DNA of 64,000 bases, taken from an uncultured archaeon. GTDB lineage: Archaea > Thermoproteota > Nitrososphaeria > Nitrososphaerales > Gagatemarchaeaceae. The stretch spans positions 864,001 through 928,000 of the forward strand of contig CAWFOU010000001.1 in the NCBI GenBank assembly GCA_963817525.1, written 5' to 3'. Shown piece after piece: positions 18,948 through 30,030 of the stretch. The stretch's first letter is position 1. Each line of letters starts with the position of its first letter. Made by a program: the position numbers and the translations under genes. Below the pieces are notes generated by a model. That model was given only the letters and a program-made list of their open reading frames with translations, was not told where the DNA came from and searched no databases.

Positions 18948-19711
18948 TCGCCACTCGCGGCTGTTTCCTGCTTCTGCGCAATGCACCAAGTCATCATGTA
19001 GTTCATGGAGTCCGTGTAGCCATAGATTCCCAGGCGCTCCGCCTCTGCTTTGGTGACAGGGCTCGTCCCCTCCGGACCCTTATCCGAATGGTTGTAAGTG
19101 AGGCGGAGGACTTCGGCGTTACCCCACCCGTCGGACGAGATGACCTTGAAATGCTCGAAGAGCGACTTGAATCCATCCGGAGAGAACCGGTAGTAGTCGC
19201 CGTAGTTCCCGCCATGGTGTATCGGGTAGATGAACACGGATGTGCAGACGCAGATGCCGTTGGGCTTGAGGACCCTCCGGACTTCATCCACGGCTCTCCA
19301 CGGATGCTGGAGATGCTCCACAATCTGATCGAGGACGATGATGTCGTACGAGTCGTGGGCATAGGGGAGCTTCTCCGCGTCAATCCGCGGATAGTCAGGC
19401 GCGACCTGGACCGTCGCGCCGAAGGATTCCAACATCTTTACGATGGTGCCCTCGCTGCCGCCGATTTCAGTGGCCACTTTTCCCCTGAAAAATTCAGGGC
19501 CAAGGCTGTTTGAAAGAGTCGAAAAGATCGCGTTATACATCGGGATCCTCAACCAGTTTACTGATGCGTTCATTCCGGACGTGCCAGCGTTCTTGCTACC
19601 CATGGTTGCCTTGTGCCTTGGGATCGGCGTGAGTTGAAACTCGAGCCCCATCTTCTCGAACGCGGCCTGCAGAGCTTTGTTTATCCTGAAGAGCGAGTCC
19701 TTGGTGCTCAT
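18944..19711 (-). CDS. class I SAM-dependent methyltransferase
   Basis: DAEKLPY, VEHL, VLKPNG and HGGNYGDYYRF motifs. Confidence 0.8.
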   Translation of the reverse strand: MSTKDSLFRINKALQAAFEKMGLEFQLTPIPRHKATMGSKNAGTSGMNASVNWLRIPMYNAIFSTLSNSLGPEFFRGKVATEIGGSEGTIVKMLESFGATVQVAPDYPRIDAEKLPYAHDSYDIIVLDQIVEHLQHPWRAVDEVRRVLKPNGICVCTSVFIYPIHHGGNYGDYYRFSPDGFKSLFEHFKVISSDGWGNAEVLRLTYNHSDKGPEGTSPVTKAEAERLGIYGYTDSMNYMMTWCIAQKQETAASGD

Positions 19712-19844
19712 GACCGATATTCTTCCGGGGGACGTTTCACGGTATTAAGTTATTGACATTGCCGCGAGTGGGCTGAGCCCGTAAAGAGTATGCGTCATTG
19801 TACAACACCCAATTAATGGTCTGCCGAACCCTCTGGCGAGAGCG

Positions 19845-20672
19845 TTGCTTGACAGGGCCTCGTTGGTGAGGAGGCACTACGCCAATTGGCCCTACATCAT
19901 CTCTACCTCCGCGCTGGGAAAGACGCCCTCCAGGTTCGTCTTGCGAGACGGAAGAGTGTTGGAGTTCACGGAGGCCGAGAAGCGCTTCGAGTTCGCGAAC
20001 TTCGCCAGACTTCTGGACGCCGGGTGGCGAGTCGAGGACGTCGACGACATCCACATGACCATGAAGAAGGACGTGATGATGAAGATACGATATCGAGAGC
20101 CCCCCGACATATTCAGCATGAGAGAGGTCTTTTTGGACCAGGTGTACTCCTGCGATTGCGCGGGAAAGGTCGTTCTTGACGTAGGCATGTTCAACGGCGA
20201 CTCCTCGGTCTTCTTCGCTTCCCGAGGCGCAAGCAAGGTGGTGGGCGTCGAGCCTTTTCCCGATTCCGTCGAGCTGGCGCGCGAGAACATAAGGCTAAAC
20301 GGAATGGAAAGCAGGATCGAAGCCAAGAGCGCGGCCATCGACACCGCCACAGGTACCGGGATGCTCTCAGTTCGCAAAGGCGAGGTGAACTTCTGCAGAT
20401 TGGACTCCCCGGGGGACGACATGGTGCATGTTGCCACGATTGGCATCGACGATGAAATCAGGAATCAGTCGGTCGACATCGTAAAGATGGATTGCGAGGG
20501 TTGCGAGTACCGGGTGCTGGGCGCCATCAGCAAAAGGTCGCTCTCTCGGCTAAGCGAGATCATACTCGAATTCCACAACGGGGCGTCCGGAGTGAGCGAG
20601 ATGTTACGAGACAATGGCTTCAAGCTAACCTTCGAAGACAGGCAGATAGGCATCCTCAGAGCCAAGCGATGA
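19845..20672 (+). CDS. FkbM-family methyltransferase
   Basis: VLDVGMFNGDS, VEP, KMDCEGCEY and ILEFH motifs. Confidence 0.88.
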   Translation: MLDRASLVRRHYANWPYIISTSALGKTPSRFVLRDGRVLEFTEAEKRFEFANFARLLDAGWRVEDVDDIHMTMKKDVMMKIRYREPPDIFSMREVFLDQVYSCDCAGKVVLDVGMFNGDSSVFFASRGASKVVGVEPFPDSVELARENIRLNGMESRIEAKSAAIDTATGTGMLSVRKGEVNFCRLDSPGDDMVHVATIGIDDEIRNQSVDIVKMDCEGCEYRVLGAISKRSLSRLSEIILEFHNGASGVSEMLRDNGFKLTFEDRQIGILRAKR

Positions 20673-20691
20673 CTACCAGCTCAGGACAGCG

Positions 20692-21942
20692 TCAACTGCG
20701 ATTCGCTTCCCGAAGGACTTTTGAATAAATCTCTTCGAGCCTTTCGCCTGCGGATTCCATGGTGTATCGCCTCGAAAGCGCAAGCCCTTCGCTTCCCTTC
20801 TGCTCGAGGTATCCCGGACGACGCAGCCGCTCAAGGAGGGTAAGGCCACCCTGTTCAGGCCTAACGTCGACAAGAAAACCACCTAGCTGCTCCGTCGAGT
20901 CGCGGTTGTTCCGCTTGAATGCCGCCACAGGCCTGTTACACGCGAACGCTTCGATCGTTGCAAGGCCTTCGTTAAGCTTCTCCAACCTGTAGGGGACGAA
21001 GACAAGGTCGCAAGCCGAGTAGTACAGCGGGAGCTGCTCGTGAGGAATCTTCCCGAGCAGTAGCACCTTTGTCTCAAGTCCGGCCGCCTTGACATACTGC
21101 CTGAATTCCTCCGCTCCTATCCCGAACCCGACCAGATGCAACATGATGTCTTCGCCACCATCCTCGATTGCCCGTCCCACTATGTCCACCATGAGGTAAG
21201 GGTCCTTTGCGAAGAGCATCGAGTGCCTCCTAGGAATGTAGCTGACACTCAGGATGTTCTTCATGCGCGGGTCGAACCCGAGCTTCCTCTGCGCCTCGCT
21301 CTTTTCCGACTCGTGAAAGACCGCGCTGTCCACGATTGGGGTATCGAAAAGCTCCTGTTTCGTTCTGGGCACAGCCAAGGCGGACACGAGCGCCCTGATC
21401 TCCGAGTCGTATTCGCCCAGAAGGACCGCGCGAGATGCCTTGAGAGCGGGGATGAGGGAAAGCCTCCAGACCAACCTCTGTGGGTTGTCGTCAGGGAGCG
21501 CTCCGCCCGTGTATTGAACCACGGTCGGAATTCGCCACCCAGCGAGAAAGGCTGGAACGAAGAAAGACGAATAATAGCTCGAGTAGTGCAGCAATTGTGT
21601 AGAGTCCCTTTCCGCCTCAGCCATCAGGTTCAGGGTAAAAGGCGGCCCCAGCGCTTGCCCAAAGACAGTCGTGTAACCAGCCTCATACGACCGCGCGGGC
21701 AGGAGCGTCCTGGGTGCCAAGAGCCTGTTGTAGACCGGTATTCTCTTGACCTCGTGCCCGAATTTGTGGACGTAGGTTTCCGTCTTCGACACGCCTATCG
21801 AGGGGATGTAGACGACGCCCTTGTGCCCCCTCCTGCGGATGGCGAGGCAATATTGGTCGAGATACGACTCCCATTCGAGCACCTTCTCCCAAGGCGAAAA
21901 CCGCCCGTCGAGCAATTCCGTGACAACGAACCCGACATTCAA
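20692..21942 (-). CDS. GT4 glycosyltransferase
   Basis: LGKIPHEQLPLYYSACDLVFVP and NEGLATIEAFACNRPV motifs. Confidence 0.85.
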   Translation of the reverse strand: MNVGFVVTELLDGRFSPWEKVLEWESYLDQYCLAIRRRGHKGVVYIPSIGVSKTETYVHKFGHEVKRIPVYNRLLAPRTLLPARSYEAGYTTVFGQALGPPFTLNLMAEAERDSTQLLHYSSYYSSFFVPAFLAGWRIPTVVQYTGGALPDDNPQRLVWRLSLIPALKASRAVLLGEYDSEIRALVSALAVPRTKQELFDTPIVDSAVFHESEKSEAQRKLGFDPRMKNILSVSYIPRRHSMLFAKDPYLMVDIVGRAIEDGGEDIMLHLVGFGIGAEEFRQYVKAAGLETKVLLLGKIPHEQLPLYYSACDLVFVPYRLEKLNEGLATIEAFACNRPVAAFKRNNRDSTEQLGGFLVDVRPEQGGLTLLERLRRPGYLEQKGSEGLALSRRYTMESAGERLEEIYSKVLREANRS

Positions 21943-22037
21943 AGCCGAATTGGAGCGTCACGCCCTCCAACCCTATTTAGAGGTGAAGATTACCTCGGAA
22001 AGGCTAAAGCCTCCGCCTTCCCGAAGCGCCTCGCGCT

Positions 22038-23038
22038 TTGGTCAGCTCGAGCCTGGAGGGCGCTAGAATCGCCGTGACTGGTGGGGCGGGCTTCATCGGC
22101 AGCCACCTGTGCGATAGGATCATCCAGGAGAAGCCGTCCAGACTCATAGTCGTCGACGACTTTTCCCTGGGGAAGCAGAGGAATGTCAGGCTCTTCGCGG
22201 GCAACCGCAACGTGAGAATCTACCGGACAGACGCGGCCGACTACCCAACGATGGACAGAATTCTGGAGAAGGAGCGGATAGACGTGGCATTTGACCTCGC
22301 GGTCATACCCCTGCCAAAATCTCTCGAGCTGCCCATGGAGACGGTCGAGACCAACGTCAAGCTGACGACCACTCTGTGTGAGCTCCTGCGAAAGAAGAGG
22401 TTCAAGACCTTGGTGCACTGCTCATCCTCAGAGGCCTACGGGAACGCGCTTCACGTCCCGATGGACGAGAGCCATCCACAGCTTCCGCTCACTCCTTATG
22501 CCGCGAGCAAGATCGCAGGGGACCACATCGCAATCTCATACGACAGGGCCTTCGACCTCGACATCGCCATCGCCAGACCCTTCAACACCTACGGCCCTCG
22601 GCAGAACGAGTTCTCGTATGCGGGGGTCATCCCCCGAACCATAATGAAGATGATGCGCGGCGAGCCGCCGGAAATCTTCGGTGACGGTCACCAGACGAGG
22701 GACTTCTCGTATGTCGGGGACATGATAGAGGGGATAATCGCCGTCTTCGAGACCCATTCGACAAGGGGGCGAGTCGTGAACATCGCGAGCGGGAAAGAGG
22801 TAAGGATCAAGAAATCATCGAGACAATCGCCGAATGCACGGATTACCACGGCGACATCGTCTACAAACCTTCAAGACCGGGCGACGTGGTTAGGCACAGA
22901 GCGGATATCTCGCTCGCAAAAAGTCTCTTTGGCTACACCCCGAAGACCGGGCTCGAGGAGGGGCTCAAGAGGACGGTCGATTGGTATAGAGAGGAGTCGA
23001 AGGCAACCGGAGGGGAAAAGCGGCGACGCGCCGCCTAG
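22038..23038 (+). CDS. NAD-dependent sugar epimerase/dehydratase (frameshift near 22812)
   Basis: TGGAGFIG, SSSEAYG, YAASK and RPFNTYGPRQ; the C-terminus RPGDV..H.ADIS..LEEGLKRTVDWY is in another frame ending at 23038. Confidence 0.88.
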
Positions 23039-24939
23039 GTCAGCACGCCTATCCCGTCCGAAGGTTTTTGGACCCTCGCCTCTTCGATGTACAACCTGTA
23101 CCACATTACAAATGTGACGAGCGCGAACAGCTTGCTCGAGTTGAGATAAGGGTCCTGTATGAGTGACCTTACCTCATCCCTGTCGAGAAGACCGGTGTAA
23201 CCTTTCGAGACCACCGGGTCCAGGATTTGAGGCACTATCTCCTTCCACTCTTTTTGCATCCATGACTCAATCGGAGCGCCGAAGCCCTGCTTCTTTCGCG
23301 TAGCAATCTCGCGTGGAATCAGGCCTTTCTTCACCGCCATCCTCTTGAAGATGTACTTGGTCATCCTCCCGTTCATCTTCATCCTCGACGGGATTGTCGC
23401 GACCAAATCTGCGAGCCGCTGGTCGAGGAGCGGACACCGCGCTTCCAGTGAAACTGCCATCGACATCCTGTCCACCTTCACGAGGATGTCCTCCTCAAGG
23501 TACGACCTCACCGTGGCATAGTCCACCCTGTCGAGGCCGTCTTGGCTGGGACAATTCGCCATCAACTCCCTCACGTAAGAGTATGTGTCAACCGGCTTGT
23601 GCCGGGCTAGGTGGCTCTTCGCATACAAGCGCTCCAAACCCGTGGAATCGTGCAGAGTGACGCGCATGACAAAGCGGTCGGCGTGAGACTGGCTACCGTA
23701 GTCCTTCTCATAGGCGTGCCTGGCCATCCGCTTGAACTGCTTGTCGACTGGAAGGCGCGTCATGGCCTTGAGGGCGGGTCGCCTCAGCGGTGCTGGCACC
23801 TTCGAGTAGATGGGATACGAGCGGGGGTCGAGGAGGAACGGATAGCCCATAAAAAGCTCGTCTCCCCCGTCGCCGCTGAGCGCGACAGTCACCTCTTGCC
23901 TGGTGACCTCGGAGAGGTAATACGTGGGAATCATTGAGTGGTCGGCGAAAGGCTCGTCGAAGTGCCAGATCAGCTTTGGGAGGATCTTGTATGCCTCGGG
24001 CGTCACCGTGTGCTCGTGGTGGTCGGTCTTCAGGAAGTCCGCGACCTTTTGGGCGTGGGCGGTCTCGCTGGTCTCGTTCTGGAAGCCAATGCAGATCGTC
24101 TTGACGGGGACGTCGGAGAGCTTGCTCATGAAGGCGACCACGGTGCTCGAGTCGATTCCCCCCGACAGGAATGCGCCAAGCGGGACGTCGCTCCTCATCC
24201 TAATCTTCACGGCCTCCTCGATTGAAGAATACAGGAGGTCTATCGCCGCTTCCTCGGTCAACGAGCGGTCAGGCCTCATAGCAAAATCCCAAAACCGGTG
24301 CGTCGAAAGCCTGCCCTTTTCGTAGACTCCATATGTGGCCGGAGGGAGCTTCCGGATGTCCCTGAAGATTGACAGCGGAGAAGGCACGTACATGTATGTG
24401 AAGTAATAGTCCAGCGCGGCGTAGTCCAACGACCTTCCGATGGTCTCGTAGCGCAGTATGGACTTCAATTCGGACGCGAAGAGGAACACGCCACCCACAA
24501 TCGCGTAGTAGAGCGGCTTCTTTCCGAACCGGTCCCTGGCGACCAAGAGCCTCCTCTGGTTCGCGTCCCAGAGGGCAAACGCGAACATACCCCTGAGGTG
24601 GGTGACCAAGTCGTCGCCCCAGGCCTCGTAGGCGTGGACGAGCGTCTCCGTGTCGGAGGCCGTGTAGAACCGATGCCCCAGTCTCTCCCACTCTGCTTTG
24701 AGCTCCAGGTAATTGTAGATCTCCCCGTTAAAAACGACCCAGACCGAGCCGTCCTCGTTGTGGATGGGCTGGTCTCCCGTCGCGAGGTCTATCATCTTGA
24801 GCCTGTCTATCCCCAGACCCACGCCGTCATCGATGTAGTAGTCGGTCTGGTCAGGCCCTCGGTGCCTTATCGCGTCGCACATCGACCTCAGCAGAGACTT
24901 GTCGGAGAGCCCGACAAATCCGCAGATGCCGCAGCCCAT
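23035..24939 (-). CDS. asnB: asparagine synthase (glutamine-hydrolysing)-like amidotransferase
   Basis: CGICG, FNGEIYN, RDRFGKKPLYY, LSGGIDSS, SGDGGDELF, DRMSMA and KQGF motifs. Confidence 0.92.
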   Translation of the reverse strand: MGCGICGFVGLSDKSLLRSMCDAIRHRGPDQTDYYIDDGVGLGIDRLKMIDLATGDQPIHNEDGSVWVVFNGEIYNYLELKAEWERLGHRFYTASDTETLVHAYEAWGDDLVTHLRGMFAFALWDANQRRLLVARDRFGKKPLYYAIVGGVFLFASELKSILRYETIGRSLDYAALDYYFTYMYVPSPLSIFRDIRKLPPATYGVYEKGRLSTHRFWDFAMRPDRSLTEEAAIDLLYSSIEEAVKIRMRSDVPLGAFLSGGIDSSTVVAFMSKLSDVPVKTICIGFQNETSETAHAQKVADFLKTDHHEHTVTPEAYKILPKLIWHFDEPFADHSMIPTYYLSEVTRQEVTVALSGDGGDELFMGYPFLLDPRSYPIYSKVPAPLRRPALKAMTRLPVDKQFKRMARHAYEKDYGSQSHADRFVMRVTLHDSTGLERLYAKSHLARHKPVDTYSYVRELMANCPSQDGLDRVDYATVRSYLEEDILVKVDRMSMAVSLEARCPLLDQRLADLVATIPSRMKMNGRMTKYIFKRMAVKKGLIPREIATRKKQGFGAPIESWMQKEWKEIVPQILDPVVSKGYTGLLDRDEVRSLIQDPYLNSSKLFALVTFVMWYRLYIEEARVQKPSDGIGVLT

Positions 24940-24981
24940 CGAGAACTCGACCCGGGAGTTACTTATGAAGGTGCTGGGATT

Positions 24982-26666
24982 CTACGACCAATCGAGCTGG
25001 AATCTGTAGAGAGTGAAGTCAGAGCCGTGGAGCACGGGCTGCGTTCCGACGATCGTGAAGGGATTTCCGGTGACCTGGCCAGGTTGGGCGGTTGAGTTGA
25101 AGAATTGCGCGAGGAACTGGTCCTCTGTAGGAAATGCCGAAGATGGCTCGTTGACATATAGGAAGCAGACAGGCCATTTCATTGCAGTAAAATTGCCATA
25201 GGTGATTTCTGGAGCGATGGAACTTGGACCATAGAGTAGGCCTGTGCATGTAGGTCTTGAACTCCTGGCGTAAACGTCCATCCATAGGGCGGGCCGACGA
25301 ATTCCACCGCTTGGTTGCTGTCGTTTGCTGCAAAATAGTTCCTCATGAGCGCAGCGTCCGTGTGGTAGCCCGGTTGGAAGGGGTTCTGGCTCGTGTAGTC
25401 GATGTTGGAGGCGGCGTAGACCTGGTAGACGGGCACAGCAATTAGTAGGAAGGCCACGCAGACGACCGCCAGACCGAGCATGCGCTTCCGGCTCTTGAAG
25501 ACTATCGCGAGGAAGAATGGCGCTACCAAGAAGTAGGCGGGGAGGGCTGTGTCAGAGAACCTGATGACTGTGGAATAGTCCCCGAAAGAGAAATAGTAGG
25601 GGCTTGGTGCGTAGATGAAAGAGACGATGAGATAGGAGCCCAACGCAAAAACCGACGTGAGGAGAAGGAACCTCGCCGTAATGTCCTTGCCCCGGAAGCT
25701 CTTCTGAAGGAGTATCATGAATCCTCCCAGCGCTATCAGGACGCAGATTGGCCCCCATCCCAGGACGATTCCGCCGAAGAAAATCAGGAGGGTGTTGGTC
25801 GCGATGTACTCCCGGTACCAGGGCACGGCCCCTGCGGCCGTGGTGTGCGAGTTGGATGTGATGCTCTGCACAAGAGAGGTCGATATCGGCGCCACCTGTT
25901 GGGCGTATGCCTGAGTGGTGACAAATAGGAAGAACAGGCTTGCAAGGGCGAAGAGCAGCACTGGAACCACGACCAGAGCAGTGGGGGAGAGGCGTCCTGA
26001 TACAAGCCCGGCATGCCTCTTCGCGAGCGCTAGCATGAGAACTATCACTATCCCGCCGATGAGGAGCGCGTTGTATGGCTCCCTCGTTCCCGCCGCGAAG
26101 CCGAAGAAGCACGCCGAGAGCAAAGGGAAGACAAGGCTGCCTCGGACACTGGTTGACTTCATGTACCTAGCCAGCAAGTAGATTCCGCACATCGCCATGC
26201 AGAGACCGACAGGTTCGGTCAGAAACCCCAGGGAGAGGAGGATGAATGCGATCAGGACGAAGCAAGATAGCAGCGAAAGTGCCGTGGTCAGCTCGTCGAA
26301 CTCCAAGAGCTTCAAGAGCTTGTAGAACACGATGAATGTCGTCGCGGTCCAGAAGAACAGGTAAAACGGCAGGAGATACGAGAAGGCGTCGGTGCTGGTT
26401 ATCCCCAACGCCTTGAAGATCAGAATATTCACCGAGCCCACGAACCAGCGGTCGGAATACAGGGCGCCATGCAGGGCATCATAGAAGTAGCCGAACTCAT
26501 CGGAGACGAAGAAGCCGGTCGTCCAATAGCTGTAGAACCGGTACGCACAGAGCAAAGCTAGAACACCCAATGCTCCGGCTAGGGCTTTCGCGTCAAGCGT
26601 ACGAACTCGTGATATCCCAATGAGGCGTGATCTGATTCCCGGCACCATTCTGTGACCGAAAAGCAT
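24982..26666 (-). CDS. probable GT-C-fold polytopic membrane glycosyltransferase (frameshift near 25220)
   Basis: SDE acidic motif after the first TM, about 12 TM, soluble C-terminal domain continuing in ORF 24982-25281. Confidence 0.55.
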
Positions 26667-26906
26667 CCTGACTGTCGGAACGAGGTATGAAGATAAGCGT
26701 TCTCGAACTAATCCGAGTCTGCCCCCTGCCTAAATCACTTTGCATGACCGGATTGGAGGTATCGGGAGAATCCCTCGCGAACTCTGACACATATCTAGTG
26801 CGTAGTGCACCTACTCATGCTCGTGATGCGCCTCTAGCTGGGAAAACAGGGGCCGCACTCCCCATGCGTTGTGTTTTATAAGACGCCGTCTTGAAGTCGA
26901 ACAATC

Positions 26907-28033
26907 TTGAGCGAGGTCAAGAGTCAAATCAGGATTCCGGTGTGTGCACCGCTGCTTACGGGTCTAGAACTTGATTACCTGAAGGAGTGTTTGCAATCAA
27001 ATTGGATAAGTTCAAACGGCCCTCTTGTGGCAGAATTCGAGAGGAGATTTGCAAAATACTGTGAACGGGGCTTTGGGGTTACCACAAACAGCGGCACGAC
27101 CGCTTTGCATCTGGCCCTTGGGCCCTGAAGATAGGCCCCGGAGACGAAGTCATCCTTCCATCCTTTACCATGATCGCGAGCATCAACGCGATAGAATATA
27201 CCGGTGCAAGTTCGATTCTTGTCGATTCTAATCCGATTACGTGGACAATCGACGTGTCAAAGCTGTCATCGAAGGTCACCCGCCGAACCAAGGCGATAAT
27301 GCCAGTCCACATCTACGGGCACCCCGCCGACATGGATCCAATCCTTGACCTGGCAGGTCGACATGGCCTATTCGTCTTGGAGGACGCTGCTGAAGGTCAT
27401 GGGGCTCTGTACAAAGGCGCAAAAATCGGTTCGTTCGGCGACGTCTCTAGCTTCAGTTTCTATTCGAACAAGATAATTACAACAGGCGAGGGCGGAATGA
27501 ATCTGACGAACGATAAGTCTCTGGCAGAAAGAATGGCCTGGCTTAGAGCTCATGCCTTTGGAAGGGGGGGCAAACACTTCTGGCACGAGGAACTCGGATT
27601 TGGATATAGAATGTCTGCGCTGCAGGCGGCAGTAGGCCTCGGTCAATTTGACAGGATTGAGGAGATGGTCTCAAGAAGAATCTCCCACGCGATACTTTAC
27701 AACGAACTTCTGCGTGGCATCGAGGGAATAGAGTTACCACCAAACGAGCCGTGGGCAAAGAACGTCTACTGGATGTACTCCGTCAGGCTGAGGGACTCCT
27801 CAACCCGAGATGCGCTGATTCTATGGCTTGCCAGCCGGGGTATCGAGACCCGAACTTTCTTTTATCCCATCCATCGCCAACCACTTTACGCAAAGAGGTA
27901 TGAGACTCAAGACTTCCCGGTCGCGGATAGTCTGTCGGCGACAGGAATCAACCTCCCTTCCGGAAACGGTCTTTCAGATCAAGAGATATCTGAGGTTTGT
28001 AGCGAAATCAAAACATTCTTCAAGAACAGATAG
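26907..28033 (+). CDS. DegT/DnrJ aminotransferase, GDP-perosamine synthase-like (frameshift near 27120)
   Basis: NWISS, NSGTTALHLAL, EDAAEGHG, FSFYSNKIITTGEGG and GFGYRM motifs; adjacent to gmd. Confidence 0.88.
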
Positions 28034-28044
28034 ACGCTACCCTT

Positions 28045-29094
28045 GTGCGGAAAGCGCTCATAACGGGAATAACCGGTCAAGACGGCGCCTACCTCGCAGA
28101 ACTACTTCTTGCGAAGGGGTACCGGGTGTACGGTACATTCCGTAGGCTTTCGACGCCAAACTTTTGGAGGCTGCAAAGCCTTGGCATTCATCACAAGGTA
28201 AAGCTGATCTCGGTTGACCTCATTGATATGAGCAGTATGGTTGAGGCCTTGGCAATTTCCCAGCCTGACGAGATTTATCATCTTGCAGCCCAGAGCTTCG
28301 TCGGTTCGTCATTTGACCAACCTTTAGCAACGGCCGACATGTCAGGCCTTGCCACGACGCGGATGCTTGAATCCATTAGGCTAATTTCTAAGGATGCCAA
28401 ATTCTACCAGGCTTCGACCAGCGAACTGTACGGAAACTCCTCCGGAACGAAGGATGAGGAAACTCCCTTTATGCCAAGAAGCCCGTATGCGGCCTCAAAG
28501 CTGTATGCTTATTGGATTACGAGAATATATCGAGACAGCTATCGGATTTTTGCATGCAACGGAATCCTGTTCAACCACGAGTCGCCTCTTCGGGGACTTG
28601 AATTCGTCACTAGAAAAGTCACGAACGCGGCAGCGAGAATTAGTCTGGGGCTGCAGAAAAACATCGTACTCGGAAACGTCCAAGCCGAACGGGACTGGGG
28701 GTTTGCTCCAGACTATGTCCGTAGCATGTGGATGATGATGCAACAGGACAACCCGGGTGATTTTGTTGTCGCGACTGGGCGGACGCATTCTGTGAAAAGT
28801 TTCGTTACCGAGGCTTTAGACCATCTAGGAATCAGTTATGACGACCGCGTAAGGGTCGATAGGAAGCTGATGCGTCCCCTCGAGGTAGACAGTCTAAAGG
28901 GCAACCCCGGCAAAGCAAAGACGGACCTCGGATGGGCACCGACTGTTAATTTCAGACAATTGGTTGGAAAGATGGTCGACGAAGATGTTAAGAGGTGGAA
29001 GGATCAGCAGAATGGCAAAATCCGACCTTGGGATGCGCCATTCTATCCTGAAGATTTGGAGATTATTGTGAGCAGGTACGGCTTGGACCAATGA
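28045..29094 (+). CDS. gmd: GDP-mannose 4,6-dehydratase
   Basis: ITGITGQDGAYL, HLAAQSFV, QASTSELYG, FNHESPLRG and RDWG motifs. Confidence 0.95.
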   Translation: MRKALITGITGQDGAYLAELLLAKGYRVYGTFRRLSTPNFWRLQSLGIHHKVKLISVDLIDMSSMVEALAISQPDEIYHLAAQSFVGSSFDQPLATADMSGLATTRMLESIRLISKDAKFYQASTSELYGNSSGTKDEETPFMPRSPYAASKLYAYWITRIYRDSYRIFACNGILFNHESPLRGLEFVTRKVTNAAARISLGLQKNIVLGNVQAERDWGFAPDYVRSMWMMMQQDNPGDFVVATGRTHSVKSFVTEALDHLGISYDDRVRVDRKLMRPLEVDSLKGNPGKAKTDLGWAPTVNFRQLVGKMVDEDVKRWKDQQNGKIRPWDAPFYPEDLEIIVSRYGLDQ

Positions 29095-29150
29095 CATGAG
29101 TCCGAACCGAAAAGTAACGCCACTTGAACTGATGAAGCAGTGTTCTTGAT

Positions 29151-29861
29151 TTGCAAATCCGAGATCCGGATTCCACACGAATAAACGCATATATTGAAAA
29201 GTCGAAGAGTAGCCAAGAGGCCACACCCCATTCTCTCGAACTGACTCAAGCCATGGCATCGAGATGGAAGGGACATTGGGAAAAAATGGGGGATGCTGGA
29301 AAAGTTGGCCGCGCTCCGGACAAATACGACGAATTGATCTTGCTCGACCTGGACAAGAAGCTACGCGCTGGGGCGCATGATAAATTGCTGGATGTAGGTT
29401 CTGGAATGAACCTGGCTAAAGGAGTGCAAAGCGGTCTGACCATATCTTTGGATATCGCCTACTCGATGGCAAAGTCCTCGGGCGCGTTGTATGCCGTCGT
29501 GGGAACTGCGGATCACTTACCAATTATGAATTTGGCCATGGACAGAATCATTGCATACTCGGTCGTGCAATACATGTCCCTCAGCGAAGTGTCCGGCCTA
29601 TTCGCGGAAATCTCCCGATGCTTGGCAAGGGAAGGTCGCTGCTTAATCGGCGATATTCCAATTGTCGAGTTGAGAAGCGTCCATAGGAGGTTGCTGCGCT
29701 GGGCCGCTGAGAAATCCTCTCGCTCTCAGCTCTTTCAATACTTCTCGCGCAAATGGCTCTTGTCAGAAGCAGACAAAGTAGACCTGCACGGGACTTTTTT
29801 GAAGCAGGATGAGGGCTTGCCTTTTTCAGCCCTACGTGAGGACCTCCTTCTCACCAAGTGA
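29151..29861 (+). CDS. class I SAM-dependent methyltransferase
   Basis: LLDVGSG, YSVVQYM and LIGDIP motifs; start uncertain. Confidence 0.65.
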   Translation: MQIRDPDSTRINAYIEKSKSSQEATPHSLELTQAMASRWKGHWEKMGDAGKVGRAPDKYDELILLDLDKKLRAGAHDKLLDVGSGMNLAKGVQSGLTISLDIAYSMAKSSGALYAVVGTADHLPIMNLAMDRIIAYSVVQYMSLSEVSGLFAEISRCLAREGRCLIGDIPIVELRSVHRRLLRWAAEKSSRSQLFQYFSRKWLLSEADKVDLHGTFLKQDEGLPFSALREDLLLTK

Positions 29862-30030
29862 CAAGCTCGTTTGATTGCGAACAGTCAGTGGAGTAAAGGC
29901 GACTGGTTAAGACACCACCTGGGTTCTGAATTGAGAAATCTAATACCCGTCCTCATGCCGCGCCAGCCAAGTGACCAACGCAGCCCGAGGAAATGGCTGA
30001 AATCCGCGTCAACGACAACATACGCGGGAG

